A DNA stretch of 64,000 nt, from the NCBI GenBank assembly GCA_022563395.1, contig JADFNM010000001.1:270342-334341 (forward strand). Direction: 5' to 3'. Source of the stretch: Patescibacteria group bacterium. Lineage in GTDB: Bacteria > Patescibacteriota > Minisyncoccia > Minisyncoccales > UBA10102. The notes beneath the pieces were generated by a model. The model did not search any database. It was not told the DNA's origin and saw only the letters and a program-made list of their open reading frames with translations. Positions 36,154 through 45,981 of the stretch are shown here, piece after piece (positions within the stretch are counted from its first letter, which is position 1; the number at the start of each line of letters is the position of its first letter). A program made the translations under genes and the position numbers.

Positions 36154-37751
36154 ACTTCAAGCAAAGGAAGAATACCAGCTGGTATTCTTCCTTCCAGCAA
36201 CACAACATCTTCTTTCTTTGCTATCTTGAGAATCTTTTCCGCAATCTCCTTTGGATTTTCAGAAAGGAACATATCTTTTTCTTTCATGCCCTTTTCTTTT
36301 GCCCCCTTGAGAAGCGCAGGGAACTCATCTTGAGTGGTGATAATGGCCATGTCGCATACCTCCCCTATCTTGCGTCCTATCTGAACATGCAGTGTAGAGG
36401 AAGCTGACCCCAGCTCAATCAAAGAAGGCATAACCATAATCTTTTTTCCTTCCCACAGCTTTATGTGCTCTAAAGCAGCAAACACTCCGGTAGGATTAGC
36501 CGAGTAGCTGGAGTCCAGAATCTCAATGCCTTGCTTTCCCTTTTTAAGCAGCATGACACCTACTTCTGCCGGAACATCGCGCAGCGCCTCTGCTATCTCT
36601 TGTATACTCATGCCAAGAACCTCGGCTGTCGCAGCTGCCAAGAGCACATTTTCCACGTTGTGTTTCCCTACCAAAGGAAGGACTACCTTTGCCTCTTTTT
36701 CGTTCTTTCCTGCCATGGTGAAGCTGACTTGATCTTTTGCGACAACAACGTCTCTTGCAAAAAAGTCCTTTTGGGTTTTTGCAGAACACCACACATAGTT
36801 GGCAAAATTGGGATTCCACAACTGCAGCCAAGGCCCAAGTTCGTGCAGTTGTCTTGAATCATCGTTGAGGATTAAAACCCCCTCTTGTGGCAAAGACTGC
36901 ACCAATTCTCCTCCTCCTTCAGCTGAAAACAGGCTCATTTCAGACCCAAATACACCCAGGTGCTGTTCGTTCACTCCCGTTACAATACCTATGGTAGGCT
37001 TTGCCATATTAGCTAACAGTTTTATACCTCCTTTGCTGTACGCCCCCATCTCACATACAAATACCTGGTGCTCGTCGGTAAGGTTATACAAAATGGTATG
37101 GGCAATACCCATTTCAGAGTTTTTGTGCTCTGGGGTTTTTAAAACAATAAACTTCTTTCCCAGAATGTGTGCCAAGAACTCTTTGGTTGAGGTTTTTCCG
37201 TAGCTCCCGGTAATTCCAACCACCTTGAGGTTTTTGAGCTTTGCTCTCTTTTGCGTTGCGCGCCTGAGGACTCTGCTTCTCTCAAATATGGTGTAGGGTT
37301 GCCATAAAAGCACCACCAAAGAACCAATCAGCAAAGACAACACATCAAAAAGAAGCAGGGCAAGAAACGGGGAATCAAGAATATACAAAAGTGTGCCGGC
37401 TAAAAACACGGATTGCAAAAAGAGTAGAGAGAACATAAGAACTGTGGTCTTTCTTGTAAGTACCGGGAAAAGCAATGTCTTTGTATTTGCGGCACGGAAA
37501 AACAGTATAGTTTCTCCAATATACAAGACCAGTAGCAAAAATGCTGCCGTCACTGGCTGAAAGAACCACAACACAAGTAAGGCAAGCTTTGCTGCAACAA
37601 AGGGATGGAAGAGTAGGCGTTTCCCTTTTGCAGTACGAAAATGCGCCAAGAACCGCCCTATGTGGTACTCTTTTAACTGCCAAAGGTACAAGGTAAAAAA
37701 GAGGGCTCTCGCAGTTCTTATATACCAAAAGAAAGAAAGAAGAAGTATCAT
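36150..37751 (-). CDS. murF: UDP-MurNAc-tripeptide--D-Ala-D-Ala ligase (MurF-like) with ~170 aa N-terminal multi-TM extension
   Basis: GITGSYGKTSTKE Mur-ligase P-loop. Residues 1-170 are strongly hydrophobic (about 5 helices). Confidence 0.8.
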   Translation of the reverse strand: MILLLSFFWYIRTARALFFTLYLWQLKEYHIGRFLAHFRTAKGKRLLFHPFVAAKLALLVLWFFQPVTAAFLLLVLYIGETILFFRAANTKTLLFPVLTRKTTVLMFSLLFLQSVFLAGTLLYILDSPFLALLLFDVLSLLIGSLVVLLWQPYTIFERSRVLRRATQKRAKLKNLKVVGITGSYGKTSTKEFLAHILGKKFIVLKTPEHKNSEMGIAHTILYNLTDEHQVFVCEMGAYSKGGIKLLANMAKPTIGIVTGVNEQHLGVFGSEMSLFSAEGGGELVQSLPQEGVLILNDDSRQLHELGPWLQLWNPNFANYVWCSAKTQKDFFARDVVVAKDQVSFTMAGKNEKEAKVVLPLVGKHNVENVLLAAATAEVLGMSIQEIAEALRDVPAEVGVMLLKKGKQGIEILDSSYSANPTGVFAALEHIKLWEGKKIMVMPSLIELGSASSTLHVQIGRKIGEVCDMAIITTQDEFPALLKGAKEKGMKEKDMFLSENPKEIAEKILKIAKKEDVVLLEGRIPAGILPLLEV

Positions 37752-37754
37752 ATT

Positions 37755-38516
37755 CTAGTAAAGAAACTCAAGAATCTTTTGCGTGAAAGCTTGTGGCATT
37801 TTCTGCTCTATATCATGGTCGCCTTCAGGGAAGAGAGTGAGTTTTGAGTCTGTAATGTGTTTTTTGATGAAATAGGCATCTTCCACAGAAACCACATCGT
37901 CTTTCTCTCCCCAGAGAATAACAGTTGGAACTTTAACTTCTGAAAGAAGCGGGGAAAGATCCTGACCAATAACTTTAAGATAGATATCTTTCATGATTCC
38001 TTTTTGGTAAGGATAGTCGCTTGTTCTAATAATATATTTATACACTGCTTTGCGAAAAAGTGCATAGAAAGGAAGAAAGGAGAAAAACTTTCCTATCTTT
38101 GCTGCCGTCCTCAAGATATGCTTTCTTAAACTCTTTTCTCTTCTGATGGCGGCTGCCACCAAAAACAACTTTTTTACTCTCTCGGGATTCTTAGCAGTAT
38201 AGGCAAGAGCTAATCCCCCACCAAAGGAGTGGCCGAGAAGATAAAACTCTTTTAATCCCAAGGCATCAACAAACTCCTCAACAAAGACACGGTACTCCTC
38301 TATGCCCCAGGGAGACTTTGGCTTCTCGCTCCTTCCAAACCCTGGCAAGTCTGGGATAATTACTTCATATCCCTGCTGCGTAAGTCCAACTTGCACAGAC
38401 TGCCAGCTGGCTGAAGAACTTCCCCATCCATGCAGAATTAAAACCGCAGGACCTTCTCCCGCAGTTTTATAACCTACCTGAAAGCCTTGAATGTTGAGTA
38501 TCTCTTCTTTCATCAT
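37755..38516 (-). CDS. alpha/beta hydrolase
   Basis: HGWGSS oxyanion region and GHSFGG nucleophile elbow. Confidence 0.8.
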   Translation of the reverse strand: MMKEEILNIQGFQVGYKTAGEGPAVLILHGWGSSSASWQSVQVGLTQQGYEVIIPDLPGFGRSEKPKSPWGIEEYRVFVEEFVDALGLKEFYLLGHSFGGGLALAYTAKNPERVKKLFLVAAAIRREKSLRKHILRTAAKIGKFFSFLPFYALFRKAVYKYIIRTSDYPYQKGIMKDIYLKVIGQDLSPLLSEVKVPTVILWGEKDDVVSVEDAYFIKKHITDSKLTLFPEGDHDIEQKMPQAFTQKILEFLY

Positions 38517-39742
38517 TTCTTTATCTCTTTCTTTCCAACGTACTTTGTAAGCACCTTGGGTATTTTCACGCTTCCGTCTTTCTGCTGGTAATTCTCCAGA
38601 ATGGCAATCAGCGTTCTCCCAATGGCAAAGGCAGTGGCATTAAGCATGTGAACATATTGGAGCTCTCCATTCTTTCCCTTAAACTTGATGTTCAGTCTTC
38701 TTGCCTGGAAGTCCGTGGTGTTGGAGGCAGAACTTACCTCGCGGTACTTGCCCTGTCCCGGGAGCCACGCCTCAATGTCTATCGTGGACGAAGAAGGTCG
38801 CGCCATGTCTCCCGTGGATAGCTGCACTACCTGGTAGGGAATCTCCAATGCTTGCCACAGGCGTTCTTGCATGGAAACTAAGAACTGGTGCTCTTCTTTG
38901 GACTTATCTTTGTGTGTGAAACTGAAAAACTCTACTTTGTCGAACTGGTGAACCCGCAATATTCCTTTGGTATCTTTGCCGTAAGAACCTGCTTCCTCAC
39001 GAAAGCACGTTGAAAAAGCAACAGCCCTACTCGGAAGCTCGTTTTCCTCAAAAACCTCTCCCTGGTGCAAGGGCCCAATGGCTTGTTCTGCAGTCCCAAC
39101 CAAAAAGAGTTGATCTTTTTCTAAATAATATCGCTCTGCCAAGTCCTCGGGAGTATCTATATACCCCATTCCTTGCATCGCTTTGAGCTTAATGAGAACC
39201 GGGGGCACGACAGGAACAAACCCTTCTTTGACAGCAATTTCGAAAGCAAGCTGAACCAAAGCAAACTCAATTAAAGCTGCTTCTCTTTTCAAATATCCAA
39301 ACCTCGAACCCGAAAGTTTTGCTGCTCTTTTCACATCTATAATATTTAGTTCTTCTCCAAGATTTAAGTGATCTTTTGGTTCAAAGTCGAATTTTGGAAC
39401 TTTTCCAACTTGTCTCAATACTACATTGGCAGATTCATCTCCTACCGGAACATCATCTTGGGGCATGTTGGGTAACAAGACAAGCAAAGAGCGTAGTCCT
39501 TCTTCCACTTCCTCCAATTGCGGCTCCAACTTCTTGATTTCCACCTTTATGCCTCTTGCTTCCTCAATATCTTCTTTTCCGAGTTTGTTCTGTTGCGCTT
39601 TCAAGGTTTCTATCATTCCCACAAGCTCCCTCTTTTTCTCGTCCAACTCCAAAACTCTGCTTACATCACAGGCAATACCTCTTTTTTGACACCCATCTTT
39701 TACCTTTTCTGGATTCTCTCTAATGTATTTTAAATCGAGCAT
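38513..39742 (-). CDS. serS: seryl-tRNA synthetase
   Basis: N-terminal coiled coil, class II motifs, FREEAGS. Confidence 0.93.
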   Translation of the reverse strand: MLDLKYIRENPEKVKDGCQKRGIACDVSRVLELDEKKRELVGMIETLKAQQNKLGKEDIEEARGIKVEIKKLEPQLEEVEEGLRSLLVLLPNMPQDDVPVGDESANVVLRQVGKVPKFDFEPKDHLNLGEELNIIDVKRAAKLSGSRFGYLKREAALIEFALVQLAFEIAVKEGFVPVVPPVLIKLKAMQGMGYIDTPEDLAERYYLEKDQLFLVGTAEQAIGPLHQGEVFEENELPSRAVAFSTCFREEAGSYGKDTKGILRVHQFDKVEFFSFTHKDKSKEEHQFLVSMQERLWQALEIPYQVVQLSTGDMARPSSSTIDIEAWLPGQGKYREVSSASNTTDFQARRLNIKFKGKNGELQYVHMLNATAFAIGRTLIAILENYQQKDGSVKIPKVLTKYVGKKEIKK

Positions 39743-39752
39743 AGTATACTTT

Positions 39753-39794
39753 GCTTAAACGAGATTTAGTTTTTCAAAACTAAATCTCGTTTAG
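39753..39794. repeat. family-B nested palindrome (inverted pair)
   Basis: GCTTAAACGAGATTTAG-N10-CTAAATCTCGTTTAG, between lysS and serS. Confidence 0.9.
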
Positions 39795-39797
39795 TCA

Positions 39798-41270
39798 TTA
39801 CTTCTCTTTAGGTCTCATGGTGGGGAATAAAATGACTTCACGCAAACTATGCGAATCGGTAAGTAAAGCTGTTAATCTATCGACGCCCATGCCAAAGCCG
39901 GCTGCTGGTGGCATGCCATATTCCAGGGCCTCAATAAAATCTTTGTCCATACGCTGAGCATCCTCAAGCCCTTTTTTAAACAAAGACTCTTGCTGTGCAA
40001 ATGCCTTTTTTTGCACTATGGGATCATTTTGCTCAGAATACGCCCTTACCAACTCCCATCCACCGCCAACCAACAGCTGAAAGGTTTCTGCCTTACTGGG
40101 ATCATTTGCCCTGGTCTTTGCCAAAGGATACATCTCTGAAGGATGGTGGATAACGAACTGGGGTTCCCACAGCTCTGGGCGAATTGCCTTTTTATACAGC
40201 GCATCTACAACACGGCCTTTACTAAACGTTTTTTCAACATCAATACCAAGTTTCTTTGCTTCTTTTGCTAAAGCATCGCGATTCAAAGATTCAATATCCA
40301 GCTTAAGATACTTTCTAAACAGCTCGGCATATTCCACGCGAGGCCACGGGGTCTTAAAATTAATCTTTTTTTGCTCATACACAATCTCTTTTCCCCCTGC
40401 CACCCTCAAAACGACAAAAGAAATGAATTCTTCGGTGAACTTCATTAAATCCTTGTAGTCAGCATAGGCCCAGTAAAACTCCAGCATGGTAAAATCTGGG
40501 TTGTGTTGTCTGTCTACTCCTTCGTTTCGGAATACTCTCCCTATCTCGTACACTTTTTCAAAACCCCCAACAATCAAACGCTTTAAGGGCAGCTCCAGGG
40601 AAATACGAAGGTACATATCTAAATCAAAAGCGTTAAGATGCGTCATAAAGGGCTTTGCATCAGCTCCCCCGTATGTGCTTTGAAGAACAGGTGTTTCTAC
40701 CTCAACGAACCCTTTTTTATCTAAAAACTCGCGAATGGATTTTAAAACAAGGGTTCTTTTTTTAAACTTCTCTTTAACCTCTTTGTTGAAGATAAGATCA
40801 AGGTAGCGCTTTCGGTATCGCTCTTCTTCGTCTTTTAGCCCATGCCATTTTTCTGGCAAAGGCAACAAGGATTTTGCCAGCATCTTTACCGAGCTTGCCT
40901 CAATAGTCTTTTCTCCTTTTTTAGTGGAAAAAAGAGTACCGCGGATTTGCACAAAATCACCTATATCAAAGGCATCCAAGAAAAACTGGTATGCCTTCTC
41001 CCCCACCCGATCTCGCTTGAGATAGACCTGTACTTGTCCCGTTCCGTCTTCAATATGAAAAAAAGTGGAACCTCCATGCTCCCTTACACTACGAATCCTC
41101 CCAACAGCCGTCACCTCCCTTCTTGACTTTACCAAAGCAGAAAACTCCTTGAGAAGCTCTTGCGCCTCGTGGGTTCTTTTAGACTCTGAAGGATATGCCG
41201 ACTCTCCCGCCTTTTTCAGCAGGCCGAGTTTCTTCATTCTGGCTTTGCGTATCTCTGGGTTGCTTGCCAT
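39798..41270 (-). CDS. lysS: lysyl-tRNA synthetase (class II)
   Basis: OB anticodon-binding domain plus class II core (VFRNEG, GMGVDRL). Confidence 0.93.
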   Translation of the reverse strand: MASNPEIRKARMKKLGLLKKAGESAYPSESKRTHEAQELLKEFSALVKSRREVTAVGRIRSVREHGGSTFFHIEDGTGQVQVYLKRDRVGEKAYQFFLDAFDIGDFVQIRGTLFSTKKGEKTIEASSVKMLAKSLLPLPEKWHGLKDEEERYRKRYLDLIFNKEVKEKFKKRTLVLKSIREFLDKKGFVEVETPVLQSTYGGADAKPFMTHLNAFDLDMYLRISLELPLKRLIVGGFEKVYEIGRVFRNEGVDRQHNPDFTMLEFYWAYADYKDLMKFTEEFISFVVLRVAGGKEIVYEQKKINFKTPWPRVEYAELFRKYLKLDIESLNRDALAKEAKKLGIDVEKTFSKGRVVDALYKKAIRPELWEPQFVIHHPSEMYPLAKTRANDPSKAETFQLLVGGGWELVRAYSEQNDPIVQKKAFAQQESLFKKGLEDAQRMDKDFIEALEYGMPPAAGFGMGVDRLTALLTDSHSLREVILFPTMRPKEK

Positions 41271-41287
41271 ACTCCCCTATTCTACGA

Positions 41288-41755
41288 CTATTTTAAGCCT
41301 TCTGCAATCTCCAGAATTTTGTAGGCAGTCTCTCCTTGAGGCGTTTGTACGACAACTTTCTCACCTTTCTTCTTCCCCAAAATAGCTTCACCCAGGGGCG
41401 AGGAAGCTGAGATCTTGTCTTTAAACGGGTCTGCTTCTTGCGACCCTGTAATGGTAATGGTCCACTTTTCTTTTTCGGTCTCCAGGGTTACCTTAGAACC
41501 TATTTCTACTGTTTCGTTTGTAGAAGAGCCTTCCACAATCTTAGCGTTGAAAAGGGTAGATTCAAGCTCTGCTATCCTGCGCTCCATGAAGCCCTGCTCT
41601 TCTTTGGCGTTCTGGTAGTCAAAGTTTTCAGACAGGTCTCCCATGGCAGCGGCCTGTCGAATGCGATTTGAAATCTCTTTTCGCTTGGTCTTTTTTAAGT
41701 ATTCCAGCTCCTTTTGGAGCTTTTCTTTTCCCTCTTTGGTAATATATTGTTCCAT
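41288..41755 (-). CDS. greA: transcription elongation factor GreA
   Basis: ITKEGKEKLQKELEYLK start and Gre C-terminal domain. ATG at 41755 chosen over the longer ORF-track start. Confidence 0.88.
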   Translation of the reverse strand: MEQYITKEGKEKLQKELEYLKKTKRKEISNRIRQAAAMGDLSENFDYQNAKEEQGFMERRIAELESTLFNAKIVEGSSTNETVEIGSKVTLETEKEKWTITITGSQEADPFKDKISASSPLGEAILGKKKGEKVVVQTPQGETAYKILEIAEGLK

Positions 41756-41847
41756 ATTATTAATATATGCCGGTGCGGTTTTATACGGCTCCGCAGGAGC
41801 TCCGCCTAAACCGCCCGTAAAAGTAAAGCAGTTTACTTTTACCCATA

Positions 41848-43761
41848 CTATTGATTGAAATACCACTGAAACGCGTCACGCACAACCGGAAGGGTTGCAA
41901 CCTGCCCCTCTATGACATCCTCCACAAGAACCACCAGAACAATCTCAGGGTTTACAAAAGGAGCAAAGGCCACGGTCCAGGAATAGAGATAATCTTTACC
42001 GTCAATAGTTTTTCTCCCGATTTGGGCCGTTCCGGTCTTTGCAGCGACAGCCACGGGCAATTCATTAAGAAATCCTGTGGCAGAACCTGAGGTCACGGCC
42101 TGTCGCATCCCTTGCCTGATAATCTCTATGCTCTGTCCGTCTACAAATCCTTGCCTCTTTACCTTGGGCTCTCGAATCTCCAAGGTGTTTCTCTCACCAT
42201 CAACAAGCAGCTTTATTGCCTGTGGCTCCAGTAAAGTTCCGCCATTTGCCAAAGCTGCAAAAGCCGATGCAACCTGAAGAGGAGTTATGGCAAAGGGGCC
42301 TTGCCCAATGGAAAGATGGTAGGTGTCTCCCAATCTCCAATTTTGATCAAACGTTGGCAAGATGCCGCTTCCTTCCCCGGACAAATCCACCCCGGTTGTT
42401 TCACCCCACCCAAACTTCTCAATGTACTCTTTAATCTTTCCCGGTCCCAAGCCAGCAAAACCCTCATATCCTCCGCCAATGATGTAAAAAAAGGTGTTCA
42501 CCGATTCTGCAATGCCCCGTGCAATGTCGGTCGTGCCATGAAACATCCAATCCCGGAAACATTCATCTTCTTTGGTGTAAATATTCTCAACACAGATTTC
42601 CAGAGGGGCAAAGATCTTGGTATCTTCTTGAATAATGCCCTCTTCTAAAGCTGCAATCCCGACTAAGGGCTTAATGACAGAACCGGTAGGATAGCCAATA
42701 CCGGATATGGCGCGGTTAAACAGCGGCTTTGAGGGGTTTTGTATTAAATTATTCCATTGTTCTAAGGAAATACCCTGTCCAAAAAGATTTGCGTCAAAGG
42801 AGGGTAAGCTCACTAAAGCAAGAATGCCCCCAGTGGAGGGGTCAAGAGCTACTGCAGCTCCCTTCTTGGTTGTAGTCTGCTTAAACACCGCCTCAAGAGA
42901 TTCTGCAATGCGCTCTTGCAATCCTGCGTTAAGCCACAAAACAAGGCTGGTACCCTGCTGTGAGGGGATTGTTTCTTTTTGCCCCACGATCTTTCCTGCA
43001 GCATCCCGCGAAAGCACTATTCTCCCGGGATTCCCCCGAAGAAACTCCTCGTATGTTTTTTCTACCCCAACCTTGCCAATCTGGTCGGTCACCGAGTATC
43101 CCTGAAGCCCTAAAAACTCCTGAGCTGAAATCTTTGCGGTATATCCCAAGAGATGGGAAAACAGCTCTCCTTCAACATACTCTCGCCTCACGTTTTCTAC
43201 AACGTGGCATCCTGGAAATTCTTGAAGTCGCGCCTCCAGCAGCACAAGTTCTTCGTGGGAAAGATTTTCTTTCACCAAAATGCGGGGTGCAAGATTCTTT
43301 TGAATCTCGTCTTTCAACTCCCCAAAGGAAATGCCTAACAAAGCAGAGGCTTTTTTAAAAATGGCTTCGTTTTCTTTTGGGATAGTAGGCATGTTAAACT
43401 TGTCGCATACAAAGTCAAAACTGGGCCTGTTGAATGCAAGCTGCACAAAGGAATTATCGTACAACACCCCGCGGTCTGGGGCCAAAGGAATGTTGCGAAC
43501 TGCGTTTTGTTCTGCTGATTTTCGCATCTCTTCCCCTAAAAATACCTGAAGGTCAAAGGTTTTTACCAGAACAAGAGCCGCAACCAAAAGAAAGGTACCA
43601 TAGAGAACACGCATAATTGTTTCAGACAGAGGGAGTTCAATCCTTTGCTCGGCAAACTCATCTCCTGCCTTTTTTTGAGCAAGCTTGTCGAGCAATACCT
43701 CCTGAATCTCAATCTCCTTCCCTGCCGCCTTCTTTTTATATATATTGCGGGAGGCGAACAT
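41848..43761 (-). CDS. mrdA: penicillin-binding protein 2 (elongation transpeptidase)
   Basis: TM anchor, dimerisation domain, SVIK (SxxK) and KTGTA motifs. ATG at 43761 preferred over the TTG at 43788. Confidence 0.88.
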   Translation of the reverse strand: MFASRNIYKKKAAGKEIEIQEVLLDKLAQKKAGDEFAEQRIELPLSETIMRVLYGTFLLVAALVLVKTFDLQVFLGEEMRKSAEQNAVRNIPLAPDRGVLYDNSFVQLAFNRPSFDFVCDKFNMPTIPKENEAIFKKASALLGISFGELKDEIQKNLAPRILVKENLSHEELVLLEARLQEFPGCHVVENVRREYVEGELFSHLLGYTAKISAQEFLGLQGYSVTDQIGKVGVEKTYEEFLRGNPGRIVLSRDAAGKIVGQKETIPSQQGTSLVLWLNAGLQERIAESLEAVFKQTTTKKGAAVALDPSTGGILALVSLPSFDANLFGQGISLEQWNNLIQNPSKPLFNRAISGIGYPTGSVIKPLVGIAALEEGIIQEDTKIFAPLEICVENIYTKEDECFRDWMFHGTTDIARGIAESVNTFFYIIGGGYEGFAGLGPGKIKEYIEKFGWGETTGVDLSGEGSGILPTFDQNWRLGDTYHLSIGQGPFAITPLQVASAFAALANGGTLLEPQAIKLLVDGERNTLEIREPKVKRQGFVDGQSIEIIRQGMRQAVTSGSATGFLNELPVAVAAKTGTAQIGRKTIDGKDYLYSWTVAFAPFVNPEIVLVVLVEDVIEGQVATLPVVRDAFQWYFNQ

Positions 43762-44032
43762 AGTTTCTGAGAATATGCCGTGCTGCAAAGAACAGCATCA
43801 AAGAAAGGATTATCCAGAATCCAAAAGGGAGCGAAGAGTATAGGTCTAAAACAAAACCCCCAGCCAATGCTGCGACAATCCCTGTTTCAGTAGAGGCAAA
43901 AGAGGCCAAGATCACCAGAGAAATTAACACAAGGTTTGGTACCCATCCCCACAAAGGAAAGTGGGGCAAGAAACTCACTTGGAGCAAGGCAAGAATGAAA
44001 AAGCTGAGTATGACAAGGAATCCTTTCTTCAT
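43736..44032 (-). CDS. mreD: rod shape-determining protein MreD
   Basis: Small polytopic membrane protein between mreC and PBP2. Confidence 0.7.
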   Translation of the reverse strand: MKKGFLVILSFFILALLQVSFLPHFPLWGWVPNLVLISLVILASFASTETGIVAALAGGFVLDLYSSLPFGFWIILSLMLFFAARHILRNYVRLPQYI

Positions 44033-44805
44033 TGGTAGTTTGTGAGGATAAACAAGGAGTTCTCCTTTCTCAATTGAAAGAACAGCTCAACCTTTCCTCC
44101 TTGAAAAGCGGTAAGGTCGCTCTTTTCAATGCTTTTCACATCTCCAATCAAGAGATTGTCTGGAAACACACCTCCTAAAGCTGAAGTCACCACAGCGTCT
44201 CCTTCCAGTAGTTCTTCTTCTTGAGGAATAAGATCTAAAAGAACACGATATCTTCCCTGCCCTTTCAACACTCCTATCACCTCTTTTCCCTGGATCTTCA
44301 CGTCAGAAGAACGGCCACTCAGCGAAAGAAGAAGAACCTTTGAGGTGTGTTCAAATACTTCACCGATGCTTCCCACGGCAACCTTGCTTTGCGTAATGAC
44401 AGGCATTCCTTGTTTTACGCCATCTTGAGCCCCTTTGTTTAAGAGCAACACGTCCCGTTCAACTTCCTTTCCAATAATCTCAGTAAAAAGCAGATTAAAC
44501 TCCTCCCTTGAGGCAATATCAAGCGCTTCCCTCAGACGTTCGTTCTCCTTTGCCACTTCCTGGACCAAAAGGAGCTTCTGGCGAAGGAGAAGATTCTCTG
44601 TTTCTAGTTCCCAGGCACGCTCTTGTGAAACCTTAGAAAAAATCTCTACAGTAGACGTACCCGCTTTCCAAAGCAAAGACTGCACGGGAGAAAGGAGTGA
44701 GGAAAACGTTCCCCGTACGCTTTGCGAACTAAGGTTTAAAATCAAAAGAACACCCGCGAGAAAGAGCAGTGTTAAAAGCTTGTGTTTTTTGAGAAGAGAT
44801 TGCAT
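44029..44805 (-). CDS. mreC: rod shape-determining protein MreC
   Basis: TM, coiled coil and beta domains. Position upstream of mreD and mrdA. Confidence 0.8.
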   Translation of the reverse strand: MQSLLKKHKLLTLLFLAGVLLILNLSSQSVRGTFSSLLSPVQSLLWKAGTSTVEIFSKVSQERAWELETENLLLRQKLLLVQEVAKENERLREALDIASREEFNLLFTEIIGKEVERDVLLLNKGAQDGVKQGMPVITQSKVAVGSIGEVFEHTSKVLLLSLSGRSSDVKIQGKEVIGVLKGQGRYRVLLDLIPQEEELLEGDAVVTSALGGVFPDNLLIGDVKSIEKSDLTAFQGGKVELFFQLRKENSLFILTNYQ

Positions 44806-44836
44806 GCGTTCCCCTAGTATATCAGGAAATGAGGAA

Positions 44837-44864
44837 CAAAAAAAACCGCCTAATTGACAATTCT
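44837..44864 (-). repeat. family-A module, copy 15 (degenerate)
   Basis: ACAAAAAAAACCGCCTAATTGACAATTC, upstream of mreC. Confidence 0.5.
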
Positions 44865-44925
44865 TTGTTTTGAGATAAACGGATATCTCCTAAATGAAAT
44901 TTAGGAACCATTGGCTTCAATGAAT

Positions 44926-44950
44926 ATTGCTTAAATCTCGTTTAAGCAAT
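44926..44950. repeat. family-B single unit (self-hairpin)
   Basis: ATTGCTTAAA-TCTCG-TTTAAGCAAT, 10-bp stem. Confidence 0.9.
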
Positions 44951-44954
44951 AACG

Positions 44955-44987
44955 GCTCCCCCTGCTGGACGAAGTTAGAACCTGTTT
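44955..44987. repeat. 33-bp direct repeat, left copy (identical at 45516-45548)
   Basis: GCTCCCCCTGCTGGACGAAGTTAGAACCTGTTT is identical at both positions. The two copies bracket the GC-rich orphan gene. Confidence 0.9.
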
Positions 44988-45063
44988 GGTGTAAAGATAA
45001 AGGCCGCTGGGCGAACCATGCGGCCTTGCAATCGGGCAGATTAACACTTCTTCATACTGTGAA

Positions 45064-45456
45064 TCAACCGAGCGCTGGACTGAAGCGTTCGAGTGCTTCT
45101 TGGTCGGCTGGATGCATGTTGTCCGGGCGTGGTTGATCAACCCGGTCATCCATCCCCCAATCTTCCAGTATCTGCGGCTCCCCAATCTTTGGAAGGATGA
45201 GCCGCTCCAGATGTCCTTCTGGAGCAATCACGATCCATCTTGATTGAGAAGCGTCTCGACGGCTGGAGAAGATGACGACCTTGGTCTCACCAGTTACTCC
45301 CTCAAGGAGAGTAACGTGGGGTCTTCGTCGCAACAGCCTCTCTCCGAGAGAGCGTTCCACAGCACCGAGCTTGATCGCAAGATCCGGAGCGAGCTGGACA
45401 TGCCCTTTCTCTTGAAGGAAACGCTCAGCCCTGGAACGTAACACAGAAGTGTTCAT
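45064..45456 (-). CDS. orphan GC-rich hypothetical protein (130 aa)
   Basis: Own promoter and AAGGAAGG SD upstream of the ATG at 45456. Hairpin AAGGCCGC-N12-GCGGCCTT downstream. No family recognised. Confidence 0.55.
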   Translation of the reverse strand: MNTSVLRSRAERFLQEKGHVQLAPDLAIKLGAVERSLGERLLRRRPHVTLLEGVTGETKVVIFSSRRDASQSRWIVIAPEGHLERLILPKIGEPQILEDWGMDDRVDQPRPDNMHPADQEALERFSPALG

Positions 45457-45481
45457 TCTTCTACCTTCCTTTCTAAATGCA

Positions 45482-45510
45482 ACCATACCACATCTCTATG
45501 GTATTGTCAA
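45482..45510 (-). promoter_or_regulatory. sigma70-type promoter of the orphan gene
   Basis: Minus strand TTGACA (45505-45510), 17-nt spacer, TATGGT (45482-45487). Confidence 0.55.
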
Positions 45511-45515
45511 TATTA

Positions 45516-45548
45516 GCTCCCCCTGCTGGACGAAGTTAGAACCTGTTT
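45516..45548. repeat. 33-bp direct repeat, right copy
   Basis: Identical to 44955-44987. Its last bases supply the stop codon of the HIT gene. Confidence 0.9.
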
Positions 45549-45975
45549 AGTTGCTCAATAATTGGAAAAGTCGTTCTTTTTCTTCCCCTGGTAAATCCTT
45601 GTAGAGGGGTTTGCGGTGAATGTCTGCCTTCTCGTGAAGCTCGTCTTGATACTCTCTTGGATAAAGGTGGAAGTGCATATGATTTACGTGGGTTTCACTG
45701 TTTTCAATATAGGGCTTGTAGTTCTGGCGGATATCACACCCAGAGGCGAGTTTATCAAGAATCTTTGCCTGAAACTCAGCAACAAAGTCTATAGTCTCGT
45801 CTCGCTCTTCCTTGGAAAGCTCCTGAAGTTTTCCCTCAATGTGCCTCTTGGGAATGACCAGAAGATGCCCTGGCATGAGCCGTGGATTGCTAAAAATCAC
45901 ATAGGCATACTGCCCGTCTTTGAGTATCCTTCCCTCTTCTTTTGCGGTTGTACAGAATGGACAAGTGTTAATCAT
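45547..45975 (-). CDS. HIT family hydrolase
   Basis: Histidine triad HVNHMHFHL and N-terminal CPFC. Confidence 0.85.
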   Translation of the reverse strand: MINTCPFCTTAKEEGRILKDGQYAYVIFSNPRLMPGHLLVIPKRHIEGKLQELSKEERDETIDFVAEFQAKILDKLASGCDIRQNYKPYIENSETHVNHMHFHLYPREYQDELHEKADIHRKPLYKDLPGEEKERLFQLLSN

Positions 45976-45981
45976 ACCACC

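Noticed and set aside
44955-45548. The 33-bp direct repeat as a tRNA 3'-end-derived att site or an Xer dif-like site.
   Set aside because: Neither strand shows a T-arm/acceptor pattern (GGTTCGAATCC...CCA), and the 33-mer bears no resemblance to the 28-bp dif consensus.
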